Assembly: GCF_009914755.1 (NCBI RefSeq)
Contig: NC_060935.1
DNA: 64,000 bases
Source: the human T2T-CHM13v2.0 reference genome, Homo sapiens
Reading direction: 5' to 3' (one strand)
Shown: positions 43,260 to 55,129 of the stretch, in pieces
How positions within the stretch are numbered: the stretch's first letter is position 1
Layout: every line of letters begins with the position of its first letter
Program-made: the position numbers and the translations under genes
The notes under the pieces: model-generated
Told to the model about the DNA's origin: nothing
Database searches by the model: none
Seen by the model: only the letters and a program-made list of their open reading frames with translations

Positions 43260-44890
43260 AGGACACGATTCCAGCAATTTCCCAGATCTCTTCTACATCA
43301 TCACTTTTTCTCTCTCTATTGGGTCATTTCTCTCAGGCCATGGTTATTTCTCCCATCTTAATAAAAACCTTCTCTTATCCCCACTTGCCCTACCAGCTAC
43401 TGCTCTCATTCTCTGTGATCTTCTGCAGCTTAACTCCTCTAAAGAGTGAGCTACACCCATTGTCTCCAAATCATCCCCTTTCATTCACTTTTAATACCAC
43501 TCCAGTCAGGCATTACCCCTATCACTCAACCAAAACTGTTCTGGCAAGATCAGTACTAACATGCGGCAAAATCCAAGGGCAAATTCTCAGGCTCACCTTA
43601 CTTGGCCTGTCGGCACAGTCTGTCAGAGGCGACCACTTCCTCCTTTGGCTGCCGAGACACCTGACTCCACTCCTTTTCATTCTCCTTTGCAGGTTCCTCC
43701 TGTTCTCCCCATCTTCTTAAGTGAGAGTGCCTCCACCCTCAATATTTGGTTCTCTTTCTCCCTACCCTCACTCCCTCAGTGATTTCATTTGACTTCGTTT
43801 TTTAAATAAACCTACCTGTCAGCAACTCCCCAACGTGTACCTCCAGCCCAGGCTTTCTCCTGAACTCCAGGCTTATATGGGCCCCTGCTACACAGCTTCT
43901 CCACCAGGAGGTCTACCAGACACCAAAAACTTCACATATCCCAAATAAAACTGCTGATTGTCTCCCCAAAAGCTGTTCCACCTGTGCTCCTCCTTCTCAC
44001 CAAAACCTGTTCCACCTGTGTTCTCCTATCTTAGATTACCACTCTGTGCTTCAATTGCCTGATACTTCTCACCACACCCACTGCTACCCGCATGATCTTT
44101 TACTTGGTTAATTTTTAGAGACAGGGTCTTGCTCTGTTGCCCAAGCTGGCATGCCAGTGGCATGGTCATAGCTCACTGTAACTTTGAACACCTGGGGTCA
44201 AGCGATCCTTCCCACCCCAGCCTCCTGAGTAGCTGGGACTACAGGTGTGCACCACCACGCCGGGCTCAGCATGGTCTTTTTAGCTGGAATATTAATTACT
44301 ACAGCCTCCTGACTGCTCTCCCTGCCTCCTTGCTTGCACCCCGGTAGTCTATTCATATCACAGCAGCACAAGTCAGATCCTGTCACTCCCCAGAAGGCTG
44401 TCTAATGACTCTGTCCCACTTGGAGTAAAGCCCAGAGTCCTTACTGTGACTATAAGGCTCTATACAAATGGGCCCCCTGTGTATTCACCCCTACCACTCT
44501 CCCCTCACTCCTCCTGCTCCAGCCATCTGGACTGTTTGCTGGTTCTCAAAAATGCTGCCATGCTCCCATCTTTGAAGCAGCCTTTGCACTGGCCCTTCTA
44601 CCTGGCACATTCCCTAGGGTGTCACGTGGCTATGACCCTCAACCTCCTTCAGACCTTGTTTAAATAATACGTCTTCAAGAAACCCCATGTGAAATTCTGC
44701 CCTGCCTTCCTCTGACCCACCCTGGCAATCCTTACTCTGCTTTTTTTTCCCCCTTAGCATGTCATCTTCTATGATACCATATTATGATTTACTTATTTAT
44801 AATATTTATTGTCTGTCTCTCCCCCACCCCCAATCCCAAGTGCCTAGGCACAAAATAAGCACTCAATAAATATTTCTTGAATATATGAAT
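43260..44890. mobile_element. L2 fragments, interrupted by an Alu monomer at ~44110-44268
   Basis: L2 motifs ending in actcaataaatatttcttgaat; FLAM/AluJ arm inside. Confidence 0.6.
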
Positions 44891-45439
44891 TTCTAGGAAG
44901 GTCCAGGGCTTTGATAAGATTATCAGAGAGTTTGTGGTCCAAAAAACATTTTAAAAAAAATGAAAACACCAACCACTTCCAAGGAGTAAATATGTTTGGG
45001 AAAAAAAACAAACCACACACCAAACCTCCACTATTCCAGTCCTCAAAGAACCTTTCTGAGCAGAGACACAGCAGTAGAACCAATATATACATTGCCCTTG
45101 GTTTCTCCCGATTCCTTCCTGATAATCTGTTGTTCTGGTTTGCATGACTGTGGTAGTGTTGGGGGTTCCCTCCCTGGTCTCGGGAGACCTTGAATGCTGG
45201 CTGGACAGCAGCTTCTAGACACCATGAGAGAGCTCCCTCAGCAGCACATAGAGAGGAGAGAGACCATGAGATTTACCACACAAAGTGGGCACTGTATGTG
45301 AAGTACATGCTGGTAGCAACAAGAACAGCGGTAAATACAGAACAGAAAATAACCATCTTTGAAATGACAACAAATGGGACACATTATCTAAGCACTAACA
45401 CCTAAGGAGGTGGCTGCCCAAGCTCTGGTAGGCAGCTCC

Positions 45440-45525
45440 TCAGGAGAGAGAGGCCGACTTCTTTCCAGGTTGCTTGGTCTTCAGTCCTTGTAACTTTTCG
45501 TCTTTTAGCGCCTTCAGGAATGTGT
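45440..45525 (-). CDS. C11orf91: C11orf91 exon 2 (YTFLKALKDEKLQGLKTKQPGKKSASLS*); total protein 193 aa
   Basis: Acceptor tttgctctcctgcag|AC, phase 1 matches exon 1; TGA at 45440-45442. Confidence 0.88.
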
Positions 45526-45775
45526 CTGCAGGAGAGCAAAACAAACTTAGCCGTAATAGAGATAAGGGCTTTTCCTAACACTTCCAAAGCAAACTCTTGG
45601 GAAGCAACTGTGCTTCCTCGACCCTAAAACTCCATTTGTGATCCAAGATGGGAGAGAAAAAAACAAAAAACTGAAAACTCTGACTGTAAAAACATGTAAC
45701 TGGTTCTGACTGTACATGCAACACATCCAGTTACATGTGTTTTTACAGTCAGAGTTGCTAAGTCCTGGATTTCTT

Positions 45776-46112
45776 CTTCTTCTAATTTTTTTTTTTTTTT
45801 TTTTTTTTTTGAGAGGGAGTCTCACTCTTTCACCCAGGTTGGAGTGCAGTGGCACAATCTTGGCTTACTGCAACCTCGGCCTCCTGGGTTCAAGCGATTC
45901 TCCTGCCTCATCCTCCCGAGTAGATGAGATTACAAATGCGTGCCACCAAGCCCGGCTCATTTTTGTATTTTAGTAGAGACAGGGTTTTACCATGTTGGTC
46001 AGGCTGGTCCTCAATGATCCTCTTGTTGGTCAGGCTCCTGACCTCAAATGATCCACCCGCATTGGCCCCCCCAAAGTGCTGAGATTACAAGTGCCAGCCA
46101 CCACACCCGGCC
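45776..46112 (-). mobile_element. AluSx with small internal duplication, in C11orf91 intron
   Basis: Alu consensus; TSD cctggatttctt (45764, 46113). Confidence 0.93.
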
Positions 46113-47169
46113 CCTGGATTTCTTAACTATGTATTCGGTTAAGATTTCTTAACTATGAATACATAGTATTATGTATGTATTCATAGTTAAGAAATCCAGG
46201 ACTTAGCAAAGCCCAGTTTTTCTAGGGACTGTCTTCCTTCCATGGCTATGAGAAAGGGTGCATTACAGTGTGTCTGATGAACTGAAGACCATTTCCATGG
46301 CCACACGGACCTAAGCATTTAGGTTATTTCATACTTCCCTTCTCTGTGTGGCAGGGGAAGCCAACTTAAGCCGTTATATACGATAGTTGGAATGATCTTT
46401 TTAGAACTATCTGCCCTTCTCCAGTGGTCAAGGACAAGCCTTAGCCAAAACAAGTGATGGGAAAGACAAAGTCTGCAGGACAACCTACCGCTACTGAAAG
46501 TTCTACTTTGCAATAGGTCCTTCTTGGAGTACAAGGCATTTAACAACTTTACCCTCCAACAGGGAGGAGTCATTCAGCTCGTAGGCTGAGGGATCCTGCC
46601 CGCATCAGCACACGTGGTCCAGAGCCCTAAGACTTCAGACGTAAGACCAGATATCAGCCCAGGATCCTGGTGAGAGAACTACCGGCGCCAAGGCCACAGA
46701 GTCCCAGGGGGGCTGCCCCCCAGCATTGAGAAGTGGAGTGTCCCAAAGCTGCCCTGGAAACGGCCTTGGGCCTTGTGGTTCTTGCACAACTCCCACCTCC
46801 CCCTACAGACAACTGACAGTCACCTTACTTCACCTTCCCCCCATGGAGAGCCCCGGTTTAGGACCGAACATTAAAGCTTAGGGACTGTCTGTGGTGGGTG
46901 GAGCTCCAGAGTACAGGGTAGGAGGATGACTGTGCAGGAGGATTAAAGTTCAGGACGGGGTGGTGGCGGATGGAGTTCCAGGTGTGGAGGCTCAGAGTCC
47001 AGATGACCCAAAGGGTTTAGGATGGAGGGAGGATGGAGTTTGGGACTAAGAGGCTCATGAAGTTCAGATCTGTGGTGGGGGGAGGAGTCGGTTAAGTCCA
47101 GGATAAGGGAGTCTGGGTGCTAGGGGATAGATTTTGGATCTGGGACTACTGGGGGCTGGAGTCAAACCA

Positions 47170-48070
47170 GGCTACATTTCGGGTCGGGGCACGGAGCCAA
47201 GGAGGGAGCTAGGGCAGGCTAAGGCTGGGCTCGGTGGCCCTGGCGAGGTCACGCACAGCTCTGGGAGTCGAAGCCGTCCCCAGTGATGGTGAGCAACTCC
47301 AGCTCCTTAATCCGGATCTCCAGCTCGCAGAGCTCCTCCGGGTGGGAGGCAGAGGCGAGCCTGGGGGTCGAGGGGCAGGGGACCAGGGGCGAGGCAACCA
47401 CCTCAGGCCCCGGCGGCGGTGAGTAGAAGAAGCGCAGAGGCTCGTAGGGGATGGAGGCCAGGCCGGAGGGCCAGGGCGAGGGCCAGGGGCGCTCGCTGGA
47501 GGGACCCAGGCCGGGTGGTGGCGGGGGCGGGGGCGCCGGGGCGGGGAGCGCCTGGGACAGGGACCGGGCCCCCGCCGCCCCGCCCACTGGCGCCCCGCCC
47601 GCCTTCAGCGGCACGAAGAGCTTCTTCCAGATGTTGAAGTCGCTGAGCGGGGACGAGGAGATGCCGCGGTCGTACAGGGACGGGAAATAGAGGGGCGGAG
47701 CCGACCGCTGGCTCATGGTGGGGCTGTGGCTGCCGCGCCGCCCCTTTGGCATCGTTTGAATGAGGGTCTGCGTGGGAGGAACCCCGCGCCGGGAGACGCG
47801 CGCTCAGGCCCCGAGTCGCCGGGGTTTCGAGGTTCCACAAGCCCCGCCCCGATGGAGCGCGGCCCCACCCTTTCGCCTCAGCCCGGCCCCTAACAGGCGG
47901 GGTTCCAAAGCCCGGACGACCACGTCCCGGAACGCGGCCCCGCCCACCTGCGGCTGGCCGCACCCCGCAGTTAGAAAGCCACGCCCCCTGGCTCGCCTCG
48001 CCTCGCCTCCCGTCCCTCGACTCCGCCCACCGCCTCGCTCTTGCTCTGCGACCCCGCTGGCTTCCGTTGT
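47170..48070. promoter_or_regulatory. CpG island / C11orf91 promoter and exon 1 with GC boxes
   Basis: Very high GC and CpG density; CCCCGCCC Sp/KLF boxes near 47842 and 47938. Confidence 0.85.
47257..47752 (-). CDS. C11orf91: C11orf91 exon 1 (MPKGRRGSHSPTMSQRSAPPLYFPSLYDRG...ELEIRIKELELLTITGDGFDSQS), proline-rich
   Basis: ATG with A at -3, 165 codons + 1 nt, donor T|gtgcgt at 47256; lies in the CpG island. Confidence 0.9.
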
Positions 48071-48767
48071 CATATCCCAGCATACCCTCATCCAGAACAG
48101 GCAGCGGGCCAGGGCTGCAGAAGAAAGCTTACTTCAGGCTTCCTCTCTTTCTCCCATGAGGGAGAAAAGTATTTCCTAGAAACCTGGCCCCTGCACCAGC
48201 AGACTTACCTCATTGCCTCACTGGCCGCGCCCACAGCAAAGAAGTCTGAGAAAATCAGTGTCTGATTTTTCATCCACTACTGTGGGAGGCAGACAAAGGA
48301 GAAGAGGATTGATTGGGAATGGCTGTTAGAGCCAACCTATGTATCTGCCAAACGTTAGCAGTGTTGAGGAAGATTCTAGAAAAGGGGATCCTCATCTGGT
48401 TTGTAATAGACCTGAAGGAGTGTTTTCAGTGAAATGCAGTTTAGTTCTCTTCCAAACACAGATATCACCAGGAGCTAACAGGCAACGAGCTAACCACCAA
48501 AAGGAAATCCTGTCCGCCCTACCTCAAATACTTCACCCATTGCTTATGAGCGATTTGGACATTTTGTCCAAAGGACATGACAGCTCATTTATGTGAGTAA
48601 CCTGTATTAGCCATAGACTGAGGGGAAATAACTAATACATTTTCTTGAGAGCCTCTGCCTAATGATCACTGGTATGACTAGTGATGGGTGGAGGGCAGTT
48701 AAAGAGTCAGTATCAGCTTCACAAGTTAAATATATATATGCATATGTATCTGCACACACAGTGCAAA

Positions 48768-48795
48768 GTGTGTGTGTGTGTGTGTGTGTGTGTGT
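48768..48795. repeat. (GT)14 microsatellite
   Basis: Direct reading. Confidence 0.95.
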
Positions 48796-49180
48796 AGCAG
48801 CAAAGTGGAGAGAGTCAGATATTCAAGCTGGGTAGCCTTGGACAAGTTGCTTGACTTTTAAGTAGGTTTTCCATAAAATAGAAATAAGAAAACCAGGCTG
48901 CCTCATAGGGTTGTGATCAAACAGAAGACGGAACAGTGTGTGTGTGAAACACTTGAACTTGGACACTTTGTCCAAACACAAGAGGCAGCTGTCCCTACTA
49001 AGGGGCATGTCTGAAACTGGGAAGCTTTTTCTTCCCACACTGAGCTTCCCACACTTAGTTGTCACACGCAGTATTTGCTCTCTGACTTTGGCAGCCACCC
49101 ATCATTGTTTATTCATACAAGTGATCACTAGGCTGAGGCTCTCAAGAAAATGTATTTCCCCTCAGTCTATGGCTAATACA

Positions 49181-49497
49181 GGCCATGTGCGATAGCTCAG
49201 CACCCAGCCTGTAATCCCAGCACTCTGGGAGTCTGAGGTGGGATCTCTTGAGGCCAAGAGTTTGAGAACAGCCAGGGGCAACATAGCGAGATTCTGTCTC
49301 TATAAAATAATTTAAAAAATTAACCAGGTGTGGTGGCATTTGCCTGGAGCCACTCAGGAGCTGAAGTGGGAGGATTTCTTGAACCAAGGAGGCTGAGGTT
49401 GAGGCTGCAGTGAGCCACAATCATAGCACTGCACTCCAGCCTGGGTGACAAGGCAGGACCCTGTCTCAAAATAAATAAAATAAAATAAAATAAAAAA
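49181..49497 (+). mobile_element. AluJ with (AAAAT)n tail
   Basis: Diverged Alu consensus. Confidence 0.88.
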
Positions 49498-49786
49498 TAC
49501 CCTTATCTTCCATTAGTTTCCCCCACATATTTAACTTCCCATAATTTACTGCCCAAGAAGCTCAAACCTCTTTTCCTTTGTCTTATCACTTTTCTACAAT
49601 CGCCCATTGTTAAAATTGTATATAAGCTCTCAAGCCACTTCTTTGGGTTTTCACTTTGTTTCTGTAAGAACCCCATGTACCTGCGTAATAAACTTTGTCT
49701 TCTGTTAATCTGTCTTTGTCAGTTTAATTCTCAGGCCCCAGGCTCTGAACCTAAGAGATTAGAAGAAAAATTTTTTCACCCCTACA
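49498..49786 (+). mobile_element. MER39/MER34-like ERV1 LTR 3' part
   Basis: TATAA near 49621, AATAAA 49687, terminal gaacctaagag...cccctaca. Confidence 0.6.
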
Positions 49787-50510
49787 GAACCACAGTAATG
49801 GTAAGAACCAGGGTTTTGGACTCAAGACTTGGGACCAAACCCTGGATCCACTATGTATTTGGCTGTGCGGCTGAACCTTTCTCAACCTCATTTTTTCATC
49901 AATATAATGGGAATAGTAATGGCATCTACTTGCTTAGGTTGGCAAGACTAAGTGAGACAGTTTAAGTACCTGGCAATGGCTTGTGTTCAACATTAGCTCT
50001 TGTTATTACATATTAAAGGCCCTTAGAAGGAAAAGAGATTTTGCGTTATATTTTTTAAATGAAGCAATACAATCATTTTTTATGTATATATCTAGTTGAG
50101 GAGAAAAAATTACAGATTTTTTCCCCCTTACTCCAAGATAATCTAAACAGATTTTACTCTGGATGGCTTAATTATAACATAATCCATGAAGTTATAGCCA
50201 GGGGGTTAAATAAGAAGTTGATGACAAACTTGGTTTCTCTAACAAGTATGCAAGAAAACTCAAGTGCCACAATGAACACCCATAAACTGCTGTCAGGAGG
50301 CAAAGTCCCTATGAGGTAATAATAAACCCACGAGGTTAAGGCAAAACCCTACGGTTGTTTCTGCAAACAAATGTCCAGGAAACTCAAGTTTGTGATGAAA
50401 GAACAGTCTTGAATTCAACTTCAGCAGAACCTTTCCCTCCCTGGGCTCCAAAGCACTATGTCACCTACCTCTCCACTCAAATGCCCCATTAAGTACCATC
50501 CTGTTGGAGC

Positions 50511-50975
50511 TTCCTAACGCCCCTGCTCCCTGGTTTCATTTGGAACCAACTGAGAGACACAAGTCCCTCTTCGTTGATCAGGGTCAGTTGAAAGATGTAG
50601 CTGTCGGCCTGGTAGCCAGGTGGGCTTGCTAATCCTGCACCTCTACCTTAAGCTTACCCAGCGTGAGGCCAGGTTAGAAAGTCACAGGCCTTGGCAGCAG
50701 GCAGAGAGCCTTTACTGTCATAGTGAAGAGCTTGCCAAGGACAGGACTGATTCTTCCTCCAGCCTCACCTATCGGGGCAGTCATTGTTCCGCTGTCAGGA
50801 GGAGAGGGGCCAGAAGGGTCACACTGAAGAAATGTGACATGAGGGTGGAGGTTCCTGTCCAGCATTCTTCACTCTCTATTTAACCGAGGCTGACTCATTG
50901 CAGTTGGCACTAATTTTCCATTGCCACAGCCCTCTCCAGCCAGGAGGGCCTGGAGTACCTGAGGTGCTGTTTGCC
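50511..50975 (+). repeat. Copy 1 of ~465 bp direct duplication
   Basis: ~96-97% identical to 54660-55129. Confidence 0.95.
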
Positions 50976-52469
50976 GGGTTCCCTTGGTCCTCAGACTGCT
51001 CCCTTCAGAGAAAGCACAGAAAGCCTTCTCTGTCCCAAGGAGCCCCCCTTCCCCTCCCCCACTCCAGCTCTGCATCTGGACACACTGTCAGCCATCAGAT
51101 CCTGACCAGGTGCTCAGCCTCTTTAGGGATATGTCACAATTTGCCGTGCCCGGTGGCTCTGGGCAGCCTTTGGACATGTAGTGGTTGTGTCTTGGAATAC
51201 AAGAGTTGTGCCTGAATCTGGGACTCTCTGTGACCCTGGGAAAATCACATCAGCTCTCTGAACCCCAATTGTCTCTGATCTATAAAATGAAGACAGTATC
51301 TACTTCATAGGATTGATTTGATGGACATATGTATAAGCAGTGCCAGGGACAACTAGTAGGTGGTCATTGGAGTGTGGCTACAGTTATTATACAGTTACAC
51401 ATGGATTCCTTGATTCCCCATTAAGCCCTGGTGGATGAATGAGGAAAATGCAGCAGGGGGTCCATCCTAGAAAACCCAACCCACTCCAGATAATCGCGCC
51501 AGCCTCACACCTGAGAAGCTGCTTCTACGACCTGCTGAGGACATAATGATAAACACACACAAGAGGCTACTGTGTCCCAGGCACTTGTCTTAACTCATTT
51601 AACTTTTCTAACAACCCTAAACCTAGGGTTCTCATTTTCCAGATGAGAAAACTGAGGCATGTAAGGTTAAGTAACTTGCCTGAGGGTCGCCGATTAGCAT
51701 CAGAGCCGGCATTTCAAATAGACAGGCCAGCTCTAGAGGCCAGGGTGTTTGGACAGCCTCCAAATTGTCACCCTAGCCTTCAGGGCAAGGCTGCACACAC
51801 GGCCTCTAGTCTCCTACCCCTCTTCCTGGCAGGAGGCTGGCTCTGACAGGAGGTTGTTTGTGCCACAATTTAAGGACCAAGCTATTCTGGGAAGCCCAGA
51901 ACAGTCTTTCCTTTATTATTCATCTCAATTAACCATTGTGTTGGTCTGGACTTGGGGGTGCAGGCATTCCCATCTCCCTTTCAAAAAAGTTTCTAAAAAA
52001 TGCAGAGCAGCCTTTATTCTTGTTTTCCCAGGTAAATGTGGTCCTATGTACTTGCAGAGTAAGAATTTAAAAAAATAAACCTGAGAGGTAGTTTAGTGGA
52101 ATAGGGAGTACAGAGGCCTGGAAGATGAGGGAGCTGGGTTTAAGCCCCATCAACCGGCATCAACTAGCCATGCTACCTTGGGCAAAATAACCGTAGCTAA
52201 CACTTAGTGACCACTTACTGTTGTGCGTTCTCATGTTATCCTGACAGTAACACTTATAGGGTAGGTCTGTCAGAATTTTCTGTCCACAAGCAACAGAAGC
52301 TTACACTGAGAATTTATTGGAGGGCTTTGAGACAGCTCATGTAATGGAAAGCTCTTAAGAACTAGGTTTAGAAGGTGCAGAGACCAGGGCAACTTCAGGG
52401 ATCCAGGTAGCAGGAAGGAATCGGTAGCCTCTTTGGTATGGCCACTATGGTGGTAGACACTGTCTACCT

Positions 52470-52810
52470 TGTTTGCTGAGTCTTCTGGCTTTCTTCCACT
52501 CTTCCTGCTCTTGGACATCAGACTCCAGGTTCTTCAGCCTTTGGAATCTAGGACTTGCACCAGTGGGTTGGTTGCCAGGGGCTCTTGGGCCTTTGGCCAC
52601 AGACTGAAGGCTGGCTGCACTGTCAGCTTCCCCAGTTTTGAGGTTTTTGAACTCAGGCTGAGCCACTACTGGCTTCTCTCTAACCCAGCTTGCAGACGGC
52701 CTATTGTGCGACTTCGCCTTCTAACTGTGGGAGCCAGTTCTCCCTAATAACCTCCCTTTCATATATACATATATCCTACTAATTCTGTCCCTCTGGAGAA
52801 CCCTAATACA
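52470..52810 (+). mobile_element. MLT2 (ERVL) LTR 3' part
   Basis: ggacatcagactccaggttcttcagcctttgga...ctctggagaaccctaataca. Confidence 0.75.
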
Positions 52811-54659
52811 TGAATTATAACTCTAAGTTTCAGTTCTGGCCATAGCATTATGTCACACCAACACCAGCATCAATATTTTAGGTTGCCTAATTAATGTATC
52901 TGTAAACCTATAGCCAGCTTGGGTGGGGCTATTGAGAGTCAGCACCAGCACTGATCATATATAGGATCAGCCTACTGGGGTTGGCCACGTTGTATGTAGC
53001 TGCGAATAGCAAGGAGGGGAACAGCAACATCCCTAGGGAAACCGATCACAGAAAGGCAGCTCACTACCCCACAGTAAAAAGAACCTTGAGTTTCCCAGTT
53101 CAGTCCCCTGCTGGGTGCATGCTACCCCCCTCCTCTCCCAGAGGCTCTGGACCTACACAGCTGCTGAAAAAGAGAAAATGTCCTTACCTACAATGAACCA
53201 TCACAGGCACCCACCTAGAAATTAAGGTACTGTGGTCATTTATCTTATCCCAGAATAACAGGAGTGTGTATAAACAGGAAGCTTTAGTTTAGATAAATAA
53301 GATTATCCATTACAAAAATTTTATATTGAATAACCTGTAAGTAATTTGAAAAAGAGACTTCTGGCTAGTTTTCACTTATGTCCAAGTCAGTGGGGGTAAA
53401 TGCATTGTGATTCACTGTAGGTTTTAGACTCTTACAGCCTTAACAACCTTGTAAATCCATAACTAGCATCTTCCTATCTGGCAGACCCTTTACAAATGCA
53501 TTATCTCAAGCCTCACAACAATTCTTTGAGGTAGACATAGAAAGTGAAAGTTCAGAAAGGGTTTAAAAAAAAAAAAAAAAAAAAACTTGTCCAGAGACAT
53601 AGCCAATTAGTGGAAGAGGGTTTGAACCCAGGTTCCTAACTACAAAATCCACGGGTTTAACTGCTGCTCTCCTGAAATGAAATATCTACAAGAAGTAGCA
53701 GGCATTGAGAAACAGATGGGAAGATAGTGTTTTGATATGATTTTCTGTTTACAGGAAGGCCTAACTACGTCCTGTTCACCTCATGCTATTGGGTAACTTT
53801 CCAGTAAAAAACAATTGCACTTTGTTTTCTTTTCCAAAAAGAGGCAGAAACTGATTTCTTCAAAGTAAAAAGGCACCAGGGACCCATTCTAGACTTTCCA
53901 AAGCTAGGCACATATTAAAGAGAGTATACAAAATAGGCAGAGAAGTAGACTTGCTGACCTGAGGAGCTGAGTGGGAAGCATGGACTTGCCAACTTACCTA
54001 AGTGACCTTGAGCGATCCAGCTAACTTTGCATAGTTTCCTCTTGTGTAAAGTGAGGTGCAAGTACAGATGAAAATGTATATAAAACATAGAGCTTAGAAT
54101 CCTGTACCAGAAAGCTGCCCTCATCACAATGAATGTCAGTCAGTACTAGCTCCAGCCAGCTGCTCAGCCCATCAAGAATCCCTCAGGGGGATCTGTTAGC
54201 ATTAGTTCAGATCTGTTGGCAGCAACAGAAACTAATGCGAGCTAGTAGACTTTGAACACTGCTAAAGAACTTACCAAGAGAACTCAGATGTATAAAAGTG
54301 GTTAATTCTGTCAAGAGGCCCAAAGTCTTGGGCAGGCTCTTATTTTTTCAGGACACACATAAGACATGGGGGCTAACTGCAAGGACACAAGAAAAATATA
54401 CCCATACCTTGAAGCCCCCAGTACATTCAAGACCAAGTTTGGCAAATAGATTAGCATCTTTCAGGAAATACCATGAGCTCCACTTATCTACTCATCAGGT
54501 GTTCCTTGCACCCCTAGCTCATCCCCCCAAGGGGACAATCCAATGGGCTTATCACCACCCAATACTGAACACTATGACAGTTCCTGTAAATCCAGATGAG
54601 TGGAGGGCACAGGGTATTGGCTCTCGAGCAGAGAGCCAGTAGGCATGACTGGTGTTCGA

Positions 54660-55129
54660 TTCCTAACTCCCCTGCTCCCTGGTTTCATTTGGAACCAACT
54701 GAGACAGACACATGAATCCCTCTTCGTTGATCAGGGTCAGTTGGAGGATGTAGCTGTCGGCCTGGTAGCCAGGTGGGCTTGCTAATCCTGCACCTCTACC
54801 TTAAGCTTACCCAGCGTGAGGCCAGGTTAGAAAGTCACAGGCCTTGGCAGCAGGCAGAGAGCCTTTACTGTCATAGTGAAGAGCTTGCCAAGGACAGGAC
54901 TGATTCTTCCTCCAGCCTCACCTATCGGGGCAGTCATTGTTCCGCTGTCAGGAGGAGAGGGGCCAGAAGGGTCACATTGAAGAAATGTGACATGAGGGTG
55001 GAGGTTCCTGTCCAGCACTCTTACACTCTCTATTTAACCTAGGCTGACTCACTGCAGTTGGCACTAATTTTCTATTGCCACAGCCCTCTCCAGCCAGGAG
55101 GGCCTGGAGTACCTGGGGTGCTGTTTGCC
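54660..55129 (+). repeat. Copy 2 of ~465 bp direct duplication (in CD59 3'UTR)
   Basis: Identical ORF-track peptides at 50674-50865 and 54827-55018. Confidence 0.95.

Noticed and set aside
43961-44027. Two-copy ~34 bp tandem (a similar ~29 bp pair lies at 63185-63241)
   Set aside because: Ordinary slippage duplications with no sign of function
47403-48083. 226 aa ORF overlapping C11orf91 in another frame, plus antisense ORFs
   Set aside because: CpG-island artefact; its ATG probably lies upstream of the TSS
50620-55042. Two nearly identical 87-89 aa ORFs suggesting a duplicated gene
   Set aside because: GTG starts and no coding signature; they merely reflect the DNA duplication
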